Below the pieces are notes generated by a model. That model was not told the DNA's origin. It made no database searches and worked only from the letters and a program-made list of their open reading frames with translations. From Gracilinanus agilis (Eukaryota), in NCBI RefSeq assembly GCF_016433145.1, contig NC_058133.1, forward strand, positions 486,316,136 through 486,380,135: a stretch of DNA of 64,000 nucleotides. The letters run 5' to 3'. The translations under genes were made by a program, and so were the position numbers. Positions 42,459 through 62,143 of the stretch are shown here, in pieces (the stretch's first letter is position 1; every line of letters starts with the position of its first letter).

Positions 42459-42735
42459 GACCTGTGATGATGTTCTGTGCCTGTAATCCCATCTATTTGG
42501 GAGACTGGATCTTTTGAGCATGGGGCTCAAAATTGCAGCAGGCTATCTGGCATTGAATTTGGCTTTGATATGGCAAGCCCCTCTGAGCAAGGGACCACTG
42601 GGCTGCTTAAAGAAGGGTGATCTGTCCCAAGTCAGAAAAGGAGCAGGTTAAAACTTCCATGACACTGGATGGGATCAGACCCTAAATGGTCAATTCACTT
42701 CTAGCCTTGACTAGAGGGGGAGAGCCCAGGTTTTT
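42459..42735 (+). pseudogene. 7SL (SRP) RNA retrocopy, near full length (P7SL_MD-like)
   Basis: Collinear with 7SL: GTGCCTGTAATCCCA (Alu domain), GGGACCACTGGGCTGCTTAAAGAAGGGTGA and GGAGCAGGTTAAAACTTCC (S domain), CACTTCTAGCCTTGAC; CpG-decayed. Confidence 0.85.
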
Positions 42736-44109
42736 GAGAGAAAGAGAAGGCAATGTCAGGGTAGGGAGGGTGGGACAGCTGCCAAAGTTCCAGATAAGTG
42801 GTAGAGCCAAGATTTGGACCCATACCCTCCAATAGTATGTCCATGTTCATAATGTGCCATTCCTGCCCTTTCTACTGATTTTTATTTCTGTGAGCTGCCC
42901 CAGATACCTAGAGGCATCACCTTGGGAGTTTGTCATTATTTCTGTGAGAGGGAGTAGTTATAGAGGCACTAAAAGCCCTGGGGGAATGTGGAAAGAATAT
43001 ACAGCTTAAGCCAACTCTTCCGGGAAAACATTGTTCCCATACTTATCTGAAACTGTTACTATATTATTAAGGTGTATCTCTGTTCTCTGGCTATCCTGGT
43101 TCCAGAACAAATGTTTGATGTGAAGAGGACATGTTCAGCCAAATGACTGGGATGATGGAAATAATTACCATTGGTTTGAGTTATCTATTTGCAAAGGATT
43201 GCATTAACTCTAGTACTGTTTCCTTTTGGAATCTATGTGTATGCTTTAAGGAGGCATTCTACCTAAACTAGTACTAGTCTGAGAGACTTCTACTTGTCCT
43301 GGACTTCATACTGCTAGCTTAATTCTGTATCCTGGCAAGATTCAACCATAATTTCTGGGTCTGTCCTGTGTGTTTCTGAGTCTGTGCCATATTAACTGAG
43401 GACATTCCAATCTTTAGGACTGAAATTAGTTGGGTCTTAGGAAATGGCTTAAACAGCCATTTCAGTTGATTGCTGATAATACTACTCAGATTTTTTTGTT
43501 AAGAATTTTGAGCTAAATTTAGATTTGATAAAATATCTCCATCTTTTTATGCTGGGCACTAAGCTAACTTAGTCATTTTGCTGATCTTTCTCATTATTGA
43601 TATTGTTTGGATAAATCTCCTAGGGCTATGTCAGCTAGAAAGTATAATTGGAATTAGTAACTTCTAGTGTCTTTGACTTCCAGGCAGAATTTCTGTTCTA
43701 GCTCTGTGGTCTCAGACAAGTTGGTAACATTTCTTGAGCTTATTTTCGTTCTCAATAAAATGGGGAGTGCCATTCCTTTGCTTTACCTACCTTGAAAGGT
43801 TTTTGGTGTAGATCTAATGGGAAGCTCACACTCTTTCTAAAATGAATTGTTCAGCCCAACTAATGAGAGTAGGGTATTCTTTCGAATTTTTACATTTCAA
43901 AATTTATTAAGCTGCTGTTTGCAAGACAATTAGCTGGGCTGTGTAGCTAAAAGACAAAAGCAATTCTTCCCTCTGGAGTTTCTGTTCTGCCAATAACAAG
44001 ATCTCCAAATGTAAAGTAATTACCTTGAAGTGGAATATGAATGTTGGTCCAGTATGTGATGTCCCACCTCATTCCATGGAGAGTGTTAAACTGTCTCCTG
44101 TGACTTCTT

Positions 44110-45900
44110 GTCAGCAAACATTTATTTAGTGTCTACTTTTAAGCAAATTGTTAGCAGAGCAGAGCATAGTAGTAGGCACTGGGAAAAATAGAGAAATGAA
44201 TGGTCCCTACCTTCATGGAGATCACTCTCTAGTAAAAGAATGTTCTAGTCCCAGCTTCTAGCACCCCACATGATATGTGCCTAATAAATACTTGTTGATT
44301 GCTGTACATACCAAATGGTTTCATATAGAGAGAAATTAAATGACTAAGAAGTCAGGTCAGGACACCTTTTTACTAAAGGGGAAGGTAAGAATCATTCCAT
44401 CCCAGGAAAATCAAGGATGAAGGGGGTGGCAATTGAGCTTAAAGAGTGGGCAAAATTTTAAAAGGCAGAAGTAGAATGAAGTGTTATTCCCTGTACAGGG
44501 AATAATGTGGGTAAAGGCATGAGGGCAGAACAGCATGGGAAGTTTATTAGATGATAAGCAGTCTAGATTAAAGCATTACAGATGTACTGTTGAGTAATAA
44601 GATAAGGTGCTGCTAGCTTATGGAGAGCTCTGGATGCCAGGCAGAACGGATTAAAATTTATTTGGTAGGCAGTTTCACAAGGAAATTATTCTCCTGGCAA
44701 CATTGTGATGTAATATTGGGATATATAAGGGATAGGGGGTGAACTGGAGGCCTGATGGCCAGTTGGAAGGCTAGTGTCTAGCCTGAGAGCTGTGAGAACC
44801 TGGACTAGGATGGTGTTAGTAGAAACTTAGAAATGATGAACTTAGCTACTGTTTGGAGGGGTGGCGGGGAGGGATGATCACTGATGGAGGGAGATAAACA
44901 AATAACCCTAAATTTATTGAACATAGAAGAAAAAAGATGAATGGTAGTCCCACTGACAGAAACAGGAAAGGAGCATTAGGCAAAAGTAAATAATTCAATT
45001 AAATTAGATAAGAATTTATGCCTAATATGTGCAAGCTGGTATACTAGGAACACCAAGTCCTTAAAGCACTTCCGTTCTACCAGAAGGATACAAAATGCAG
45101 ACAACATTAAATTGAATTTACCTGTGATGCAAGGAGACAGCACCAACAACTGGGGGAATCAGGAAAAGTTTCCCCAAGGGAGATGACACCTGAGATGAAC
45201 CTTCTCCAGTGGAGAGGACAATCTATAAAGGGTATGGAGGCAGGAGAAGGAATTCAGAGAAATTGCTAGTGTGCCAGTTTGGCCAGGGAAATGAAGTGAA
45301 AGAAGACTGGAAAAGAGGTTGAAGCCAAATAAACTTGGTTTTAGGTGTGTTGAGTTTGGTTTGTTGGTGGAATGTTCAGTCAACTTTGCCTGCTTTGTGC
45401 AAAGTACAGTACTAGATTCTAGGAATGCAAATATGAAAACTAGTTTGCCCTTAAGGGGCTCATATTTTACTCGGAGAAATACGGATGTTTTGCAAATAGC
45501 TTGAGATGTGAGTCTGGACCTCCATATTGGGGCAACGAGGTTGAACTGTATTTTAAGGGGTGAAAGAATCAGGGAAGGATTTTTAGTTATCCAAAGTTGA
45601 GTCTAAACAAATGAGAGAGGGAGCAAGGAAATATGGAAGAGGCTGAAGAGAAGAAGGGGAGGAGCGATTCAACCAGGTCCTGTAGAAAGGTGGGAAGAAT
45701 TGGGGTAGGGGCTAGAAGAGAAAAGGACATAAGAGTTTAGAGGTGTGAAGGAGTGGTCATCTGTTGTGAGCATCCTGGGACAAGGCTGAGGCCATGAGAA
45801 GAGTGCTCAGAAAGGCAAATATTAGTAATGGTAAGGGTTCAGCTGTCATTATGTAACAACAAATAGGTGTTAAAAATCAGCACCATTTTATAACAAGGAT
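44110..45900 (-). mobile_element. L2 fragments interleaved with other old repeats
   Basis: CAAACATTTATTTAGTGTCTAC; repeated purine-rich L2-like segments; boundaries approximate. Confidence 0.5.
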
Positions 45901-46133
45901 GGTAGGTTTACCCAGGATTAAGAAAGGCCGGTGGAGAACATCCAAATATCAGGGGACTGAGGGATTCCAGAAGGTAGCTGTCGCATCACTGAAATGGTCA
46001 AGATATAGTTTGGACAGGGATAAATCAGGAGAAAAGGGAGGGATGTGGAGGAACAAGTGAAAGGAAGGGAAGATTACCTGGTAAACTTGTTTTAACTGGG
46101 TGGAGAGGAATTCTTGCTACTGGGTCTTGAAAT

Positions 46134-46304
46134 TTTTTTTAAAACCCTTACCTTCCTCTTGGAATCAATACTATGTATTGGTTCCAAGGCAGAAGAGCAT
46201 TAAGGGCTAGGCAATGGGGGTTAAGTGACTTGCCCAGGGTCACACAGCTGGGAAGTGTCAAAGGCCATATTTGAACCTAGAACCTCCCATCTCTAGGCCT
46301 GACT
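46134..46304 (-). mobile_element. 5'-truncated SINE1_Mdo-like SINE
   Basis: Lacks head; flanks TCTTGAAATTTT / TCTTGAATTTT suggest TSD. Confidence 0.85.
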
Positions 46305-47698
46305 CTTGAATTTTGCACATAATGTGTATGTGCATTTGTTTTAGGGATATCTAACTAACTGGGTCTCCTTTATCTCTTCCTTTTCCTCTCTGCCGCCCAC
46401 CCTTTGGTGGTAACATATCCATTAGGAAAATAGTGCTCATCAGCCCATATTTTTACTTTAACAGTTACTAAGGAAAGATGTATCTGGACTACAAGATCAA
46501 AGTTGGTTTTGAAAATAAATTTTGAGATTTGAGGTTTCTCTACCCCCCACCCCAACCAATTAGTTTGAATCATAAAGAATTGTCATTGTTAACCAGCCTC
46601 TAAATGAAACCCCTCCCACTCCCCTATTGCTGGCTGCTGTGCTATTCTTTGCCAGAGATAAAGTTAAAAGGAGGAGCCTGGAAGCTCCAGAAAGTCTGGT
46701 TTTTCAGCAGGACTTTGACCTGCTGCAGTAGATCCTTGTTTGTGAAATGCAAAACTTGGAAGCTACTGGGATAGTCTGCAGATTTGGTTTGGTGGCAAGT
46801 GGATAGAAAGCAGGTGAATGGGTCAATCTTGACCTCTTCTCACTTGTTTCACCTTTGGACTCTTCCTCAAACCTTCCCTTTAATTACCTCCTCATCTCCT
46901 CTGGTTGGGAGTAGGAGCAGCTGTGAGTTTCCCCTGTGGCAACCTGATCTGAATTCCCTTTCCTTTCCTGCCTTCCCAGAGAAAGTCATGGTAACCACCA
47001 TCGAGCTGCTTCTTGTTCATCTACTACCTCATAGACACCCTCTTGCCTGCCTCTATTGTACATTTCACTCAAATGCCCTGACCATGAGGAAAATTGGATC
47101 AAAGTGGGTACTCTCTGTAAAATTTTTTAATCCTTAAGCTACATTTGAGGAGGAAGCCCCACATTGTCCACTTGGCAGAGATACTTCTCCAGTCCCTCCT
47201 GTGTGTCTTTGGACATGAGATCAGGCAGGTCAATATTGTTTTGGTGAACTGTAGAGGGATAGCCTTGGCCAGAGCAAAGTTGGGGGTATCCCTCCTTTGC
47301 TTGACAAGGCAGCCTAGTTAAAGGCTCTGTGCTTTATGGCTCATCTGGAGAACAAGGGTTAATAACTCTTTACACTTTAAGGTTTGCAAAGTGCTTTAGA
47401 CATTTATTTGATAATAGTAGTAAATAATAAATAGTCTTATTTGATCCTCACCACAGTAAGTGATAAAAGTTGGATTTGACCTAGCTGTGTGACCGTGGGC
47501 AAATCATTAACCCTGATTTCCGATCCCCCTTATTATTGCTCTTCTCTCTTAGAATTGATACTAAGACTGAAGGTAAAGGTTTTTAAGAAGGTTAGATTCA
47601 ATTCCAAATCTTCCTGACTGAAGTCTATTATTCTCTCTCCTCTGCCATGCCAATTGTAGGGAAAGTATATAATTGCTTGGGAAGGTTGCTTTGTATCT

Positions 47699-48568
47699 TG
47701 TAAAAGGGAATTCTTGGTTATCTTGAGTTCACACTTGAGAAAAGGGAATCCTTTGTTCTTTTTGCCTAGTTGGAGTTAACACTTTGGTTGTCAACCAGAG
47801 CTTGAACTAGGTGGGAGAAGCTTGAAAACCACTTAGTGAATTCACACCCTACCTAGTGCTAGGTGAGAAGCCAACAAGATAATTGGAGACTTCCACTCTT
47901 TTCTAACAGTCAGAAACTTGTTCACACCCTCAGAAAGTGTGAACCTTTTTGATGAGCATTCACACCTCCAGAAGGTGCGAACTAGTTCCCACAAAGACCA
48001 TCCCCTGGACAGTGCTGGACAATTTGGAAGCTGTGATTGGACATGCAAATTAGGAGGGAGGCACAGGAAGTGACGTATAAGTGACCCCTTTAAAAGGAGA
48101 AGGTCCTCAGTCAGCAGTGGTCTTCTGGTGAAGAAGGTGGCTGATGAAGGAGCTCTTCTGGTCCATGAAGGAGTGTTGAGACCTTGGTAAGACTGCTTTA
48201 AAAATCTTCTTTGAATTCTACGTGGTGAGTTAAAGACTGATTGAATCTTCCTGAACAACTCTTAAGAAAATTCTTTTATATAGACTCTGAATGAATTTTT
48301 GCTCCATTCACCTCTGAAATTCTGGCCCTCTGACTCTTGGCTGAGAATTAATTAGATTTACTTTGATTAATTAGAGGATTGTAATAAATTACCTACTGTG
48401 TTAGATTCTTATTTCCTTATTTCCTCTCTCTTCTTAATTGTAAATACACTTCCATAAAAGTCAATTTTGACTTGAGATTATTCTTAATTGAGGATTGATA
48501 ATAGTTCAATCCTCTGGTGACCATCTTTTAATATATTGAACCCATAAAACCCCTTTTTCCCCCCTACA
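47699..48568 (+). mobile_element. Solo ERV LTR, 870 bp
   Basis: TGTAAAAGGGAA...TTCCCCCCTACA inverted termini; U3-like motif cluster and TATA-like TTTAAAA; TSD not cleanly matched (ATCT / ACTT). Confidence 0.78.
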
Positions 48569-49373
48569 ACTTCCAGATTTGAACTACTCAAAGAGAGGCT
48601 ACTTATATCCATATCTGTCCCGTCAGTGTCTGAAATCTATAAAATACTGAGCTTTCAGAGCTAAACTCTGAGAGATTGATGGGCCTAGTCACAGCAGGCT
48701 ATGTGTGAGGGCCGTCATATCCAAAACTATTTTTAATGGTGAGATTCTGTACTGAAGGAGTTATAATTAGAAACCCCAAATGTGGTTGGAAGAAGTTTCA
48801 TAGCCCCCTGTGGTGGCAATCCCAAAGCCAGATGACCTTGGCTTTAGGAGCAGTTGGAAACAGGTACATTGCTGGAACTGAAAGGAATGATCAGGGAAAG
48901 GCCTTTGGAGTTGGGGGGAGAGGCAGCATTGAGTTTTATGGTTGCTTTCAAGCTCTGGTGAAGACTCAGCCACTAAGGATTTGGCCATGTCTTTGCCTCT
49001 TTCCTCCATCTCACTAAATGTATACACTTGTATATTGATTTTCAACTTAGTCCTTCAGAATTTAGTTGGGGTGCTGTGCCAGTCTGAATCTCTCTTAAGG
49101 CTCTCTGAAACTTCCATATTTGGGGGGGATCCATGATATCATCCGTATGCTTGCTTTCTCCAAAAGCACCTTTGAGTATAAACTATTCATTATCTCTCAA
49201 TCTGTGGGGCCTCCACAGAAGAGCTACTTAGTGTGCTAGAGGCCTTTGTCAAAATCTTTCTAGTCATCTTGGGTCACCGTGCATTAATTGACCTTTCCAT
49301 TTGTTAACCTTTGCTTTTATCTTGACACCAGGTTATCTCCTTTTTGAAAATAACTTTTTTGGGGAAAGGGCAT

Positions 49374-49528
49374 TTTTAAATAACTTTTACCTTCTATCAT
49401 AGAATCAGTACTATATATTTGTTTTAAGACTGAAGCATGGTAAGGCTAGACAATGAGGGTTAAGTAACTTGCCTAGAGTCACACACCTAGAAAGTGTCTG
49501 AGGCAAAATTTGAACCCAAGACCCTCCT
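49374..49528 (-). mobile_element. SINE1-like SINE, partial
   Basis: TTTTACCTTCT tail, GAGTCACAC core. Confidence 0.75.
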
Positions 49529-50239
49529 TTCAGTATCCCTATTTTTGGCCATTTTTGTACGTGCAATTCATCACTGGTAATATACTACATATAGCCAGTT
49601 TATATCTATTATATATGTTTCTCTTGTGTCAGTTTTGATTCTTTGAGGTGGTAGTGTTCCATGATGTTATCATATAATGATATATAAAATTTTAAGTTTT
49701 GTTTTTTTACTGTAATCAGTCTTGCAGGAACTAAGACTTGTAATGTTATGTTGATTAGAAATCACATGATGGCCTCAGAATGGTTATTCTATGTAGGTTG
49801 ACAGTTGTAAGCACTTTAGAGATTAATTCTGAGATTGAGATTGAGGGCCACCTCTACCAGTCACGAGGTCCGTAGGGCCAGATTTTCATTTTTATTTTTC
49901 TGTTATGTTTCCAGGAAACAGAAGGAGTATTTTTTAAGCCCCTACCTTCCTACCTGTGAATTATTTACTTTGTTTTGACTGGAAATTGATATGGTATAAA
50001 TCAAAGTTAACTTGTCAATTAAATAGTGAGTATTACTTTAGTGCCCCAATGTTTCCTGATGGCCAGAAAATAAAGGACATAAAGCTGGATTGTATAGTGT
50101 AAGAATATATTGAGAACCCATTAAGTAAGTAGCACTGTGCTAAGAGCTGAGGGATACAAAAAGTATTGGACACTGTCCCCACTGCGGTTAGTTTAGTTGG
50201 GAAGACAAAACATACACAAACTAGGCAACAATACAAGCC

Positions 50240-50830
50240 TTGAGTTTATCTCTCTACTTCAAAGCTTCCCTCTTTAACCCTAGTTCCCCTTGAATCTATC
50301 CAACAAGTGCCTGATTGTTTTTGTTCACAATTTATCTAAAGTTCTAATGCCTTAGAGTCTTCCATGGTTCCCCATTCCCTGCCAAATAAAGCCCAGGCTC
50401 CTAGCTTGGCATTGAAAAAGCTTTCCTCTAACTGCAACCAAATATAACTTCCTGTTTATTCTTGGCACTAAATCACACAAAATACTTCCTGTGCTTTCCT
50501 ACCTCTTACCCACCTCACATTTCCCTGTGCTCAGATTGGCTTCCTATCCTACCTGTTTAAAAAACAAAACAAAAACTTATCTGACCTTTCAGGTCCAGTT
50601 CATATTCATCCTTTTCTGAAAACCCTTCCCCATCTCCTCCCGTAGTTTTACCTTTATGATCTCATCTATCTTCTCAGATTTAGAATAATCTTTCCTTTGA
50701 ACTTTCTAAATACTTTGTCTTATGTATTTGCCATAACTCATCAATAAATTTTAAGCTTCTTAGGGGCAAGGGCTATGTGATGGTTTGTTTTTTATTTTTA
50801 TTTTTTTTTGTACTTTTAGTGCTTACCAAA
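50240..50830 (+). mobile_element. L2 3' fragment
   Basis: Pyrimidine-rich L2-like body ending near GGGGCAAGGGCTATG. Confidence 0.5.
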
Positions 50831-50904
50831 GTAAATATACTGTGGGTAGGAGGCCTTTGATCAATTTTTTTTTAAGAAGTGGAATAGTTAGCAAGTATTT
50901 TAGG

Positions 50905-50907
<3 letters not shown>

Positions 50908-50955
<48 letters not shown>
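50908..50955. repeat. (GA)24 microsatellite
   Basis: Perfect dinucleotide run. Confidence 0.97.
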
Positions 50956-50957
<2 letters not shown>

Positions 50958-51533
50958 AGATGGTGCGTGATGGTAAAGGTAGGCTTCAATTGAAGATAAT
51001 AGGCCTTTGGTAGGTCAGTAGGGACTTGGTAAACCTATGCATGAAATGCACAGGGGACAATTAACGAGAGACACTAATTAGACTAATCTTGTTGGAGCAG
51101 AAGGCTCCTGTGGGGAGGAGAACTAAAATTACAAAAGAAAGGTCATCTCATTTTACAGAGACTGAACCTGAAGAAACCATTAAAGAGATATCATTTTACA
51201 GGAAAGGGAGCTGGGGTCCATCTATAAGATGGGAATCCTTATACTAATCTTTATTGAGGCATGTTCTTAAGGAAATTCTAAGAGGAGCAAAAAAGAGGAT
51301 AGAGCTATAAATCCAAAATAAAGCATAGGGAAAAGAAAGAGAAATGGGATCCACACCATCTAAGTGAGTTCCTAAGAACTAGTCTAACCACAGGGAAGAG
51401 TTTACTTTAGTGGGGACTAAATGTTGAAAATAGCTTCTAAGACTAGTCTCTGGGTATAAGAACCCCTCAGGAAGGCAAAATCCCTGGTTCTTAGTCTTTG
51501 TCTCTTTATCCAATCTTCTTGAAGCATTTCTGA

Positions 51534-58987
<7,454 letters not shown>

Positions 58988-59439
58988 GTAAGTGATGATG
59001 GAAGAAGGGAGGTGGCATTTGGGCTTGGAGCTGTGGAGAACAACTACCTTCAGGACCATCCTTATTGCTCATATTCTTCTTACTGGTCTTTGACCCCCTC
59101 GTTCTTCCCAGAGGAAGGACAACTTCCATGGACTCTAGGTGACATTTAAGTTATTAATAGTAAAAAACCCATTTCTGGCTAATTCTCAAACCTTATCCTT
59201 GTATAACTGGAAATAGTTGATATTGACTTGCTACTTGTAGCATTCAAGGTGATCTTGTCCCTGAAGCAGTGGTGTCTAACCCAAAGCTAACATAGCATCT
59301 TTGAGGGCAAGGATTCTTGGAGCATTGGGCCAACTCTTCAGCCTTTTGAACATCTCTTTCTCCAAAGACAGTGATCTTGGGTTTTGTTGGTCTGCCACGA
59401 CCCCTCCTTGATTTCTTTGGATTTTATTGAAAGATGGCA

Positions 59440-59660
59440 GGAAATAGGGGAAATCATACTAGCATTGGAGGAGATCTGAGTTTGAATGTCTTGCCACAGA
59501 ATAGCTGTATGACTTGGAGCAAGTCACACTTTAACTACCTTCAGCCCTGGTTTTCTTATCTCCAAAATGGGAGTGATGGCATTATTTACCACATTGGGCT
59601 GTGTGAGGGAAGTGATTATAAACTGTGAAGTTCTGCAGAAGTGTGGCTAATCTTTATTCC
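59440..59660 (+). mobile_element. MIR
   Basis: GAGCAAGTCAC...TTTTCTTATCTCCAAAATGGG. Confidence 0.7.
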
Positions 59661-60050
59661 TAAAGAAAAATGTTAATTCCCCTTTTAAAAACAAACAACA
59701 TACCCAAAGAATGTGTTGGATAACAGTTACAATTTATTTTCTTTTTAATCTAGGCAATTTTTGAAACAAATGAATTGAAACAAGATTAAATCTAACAGAT
59801 GAATTCAAACATCCTGTATTTTGGTTCAGAACATCATTTATATGAATCTAGCATGAGGGAGGGATCCCTACCTTGCCAGGAAGTTTCCTTGAAGAGCCCT
59901 AGACTTTAGTTTACCCGAGTTCAGCATGAGCCAGTGGGGTGATTTATAATGTGACCTTGAGCTACCTTCAGGTGAAGGATATTGTCCATAATCAATAGAG
60001 ATAATTATTTTAATTCTGATCAGACCAATGGGGGTTCTGACAAACTAGAG

Positions 60051-60095
60051 CATGGTCCTCAGACTTTGTGGTTTCAGGATCCCTCTACACTTAAA
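60051..60095. mobile_element. Charlie1-like hAT transposon, left end
   Basis: CATGGTCCTCAGACTTTGTGGTTTCAGGATCCC resembles recalled Charlie1 start CAGTGGTTCTCAAACTTTTTGGTCTCAGGACCCC; preceded by CTAGAG. Confidence 0.65.
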
Positions 60096-61051
60096 TCTAA
60101 CTTTCTAAAATTTCATTCACTTCCTTTCCTTCTTTCTTATTTATTTTTTGGTTAGATTTATCTAGTTCTGATCAGAGAAGGTTGAGGTCCCCCACTAGTA
60201 TAGTTTTATTGTCTATTTCTTCCTTAAGCTCCTTTAGATTCTCCTTTAAAAATCTGGATGCTATACCTTTTGGTACATATATTAAGTACTGATATTTCTT
60301 CATTGTCTATAGTACCTTTTATCAAGATGTAATTACCTTCCTTGTTTCTTTTAATCAGATCTATTTTTGCTTTAGTTTTGTCTGAGATCATGATTGCTAC
60401 TCTTGCTTTTTTGTCTCAGTTGAAAACCAAAAGATTCTGCTCCATCCACTTACCCTTGATCTCTGTTTGTCTACCTCCCTCAAATGTGTTTCTTGTAAAC
60501 AACATATGGTAGGCTTCTGGTTTTTTTTTTTTATCACTCTGCTATCCACTTCCATTTTATGGATGAGTTTATCCCATTTACATTCATGATTATGATTACC
60601 ATCTGTGTATTCCCCTCTATCTCAGATTTCTTCTTTTAATCCTGCCCTGTCTCCTTTCACACTTTCCCTCCAAACCATTATTTTGCTTTTAATCACTCCC
60701 TCTTTTCCCCCTCCCTTATATTAATTACTACCCTTATCACCACCACCCTTCTTATTTCTCTCCTTTTTCTTTATAGGGTCTTTTAATTACCCCACCCCTA
60801 AGTTCTCTCTTCCTTATATTACTCCCCAGTACCCTCTTTTTTATTCCCCCTTTACTTCTCTATAGGGTAAGGTAGGATTCTATAACCCCAATTAATCTGG
60901 CTGTTCTTTCCCTCTCTGAGCCAATTCCAATGAGAGTAAGGTTTAATTATTACATCACCACCCTCATCCTCCTCTCTACTGTAATAGTATTCCCCTGCGC
61001 CTCTTTATGAGATATCATTTTTCCCATTTTCTCTTCCCATTTCTCTTAGTA

Positions 61052-61290
61052 CAGTGATGGGGAACCGTTTAGAGATGGAGTACCAGGCCCATGCCTTCCA
61101 GAGACCACATTCTGTGCCCCTCCCGCCAACTGAGTGCCAGGCTCACCCTGTTTCCCCCCCCCCACCCTTACTCCACCCAGGGGAGGGACTCCTATTAGAC
61201 TGCTGGGTAGGGGGACAGGTGATGTAGTTAGGCTTGGGGGGAGAGGGAAAGAAGAGGAGTTATGTGCCCCACCGTGAGCTATGAAAGGCC
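61052..61290. mobile_element. hAT MITE fragment nested in L1
   Basis: Starts CAGTGATGGGGAACC (hAT-type TIR); shares GAGTGCC and ATTAGACTGCTGG-like blocks with 37571-37781; right end not found. Confidence 0.6.
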
Positions 61291-61635
61291 AAAAAAAAAA
61301 AATCCCATCTTACAGGAAAACCCCTTATTTATAGGAAAATATAACCCTTGGGTTAAATGACATCATCCTGACTCATTCACCCCCATAACCTTCCAGCCTT
61401 CCTGAAGCAGATATGCTCCAAATTAACCTTTTTAGAAAATGGTCAAGGTTTGAAGGTCAGATTTTAATCTGTATACAAACAGAACAGTTTATGATGCATT
61501 TTGGATACAGGGCAGATTGGGAAATTGCTACCTCTGACAAGCCACTAACCCACCTTATCCCTCAGGTAATCATCCCTTTGAATAGAAATTGAATAGGCTA
61601 GGCTAGAAAGAGGTGAAGGAATTAAGAATGCAAAT
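61290..61635 (-). mobile_element. LTR-like fragment nested in L1
   Basis: Minus strand has TGAGTCA and CCTATAAATAAGGGG; termini and TSD not defined. Confidence 0.35.
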
Positions 61636-61728
61636 TTTTTAAAGAGTTAAAAATACCTTTCCTCCGTATAGGAATATAAACAATTTGACCTTATTGAAGC
61701 CCTTAAATTATATCTTTCTTTTTAACAT

Positions 61729-62143
61729 TGTCAGAAATGATTTTTTTCTCTCTCCAGTGTTGCTTTTTTTTATTATCATCTCTCAGTGACTTGGAGGTCA
61801 GGTACCACTGAGTAAATTCAGGTATAGATGAGCCTCAGAAGAGGAAGTTAAAGAATCAAGGAACCAATGAGACAGGAAACTGATTCCACAGACACTGCCC
61901 CCCTGGGTGGCCCAGGCAAATTAAGAAACTGATAGTGACATGTGAGAGTTAGTGGGTAGAGAAAAAAGCTTATAAGTTTATAAGTTCAGATCAGTCTTGG
62001 TCTTTGGTGTGCACATGGAGGAATAGAGGGGACCCTTGCTGGGTTGTAGCTATAGGCCCATTATGGTAGCCAGTAGATTAGAAAGCTAAGTGTCTATACC
62101 TCTCTTCACTACTGCTACTTTTGATAAAGTTTATTAAGCTACA
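61729..62143 (+). mobile_element. Solo LTR, 415 bp, nested in L1
   Basis: TG...CA termini, 5-bp TSD AACAT / AACAG, TATAAG twice near 61970. Confidence 0.72.

Noticed and set aside
47842-48258. 138-aa minus ORF inside the LTR
   Set aside because: No gag/pol/env similarity that I can recognise; lies within LTR sequence.
48802-48818. GCCCCCTGTGGTGG as a CTCF site
   Set aside because: Reverse complement mismatches three positions in the CCASYAG half of the core.
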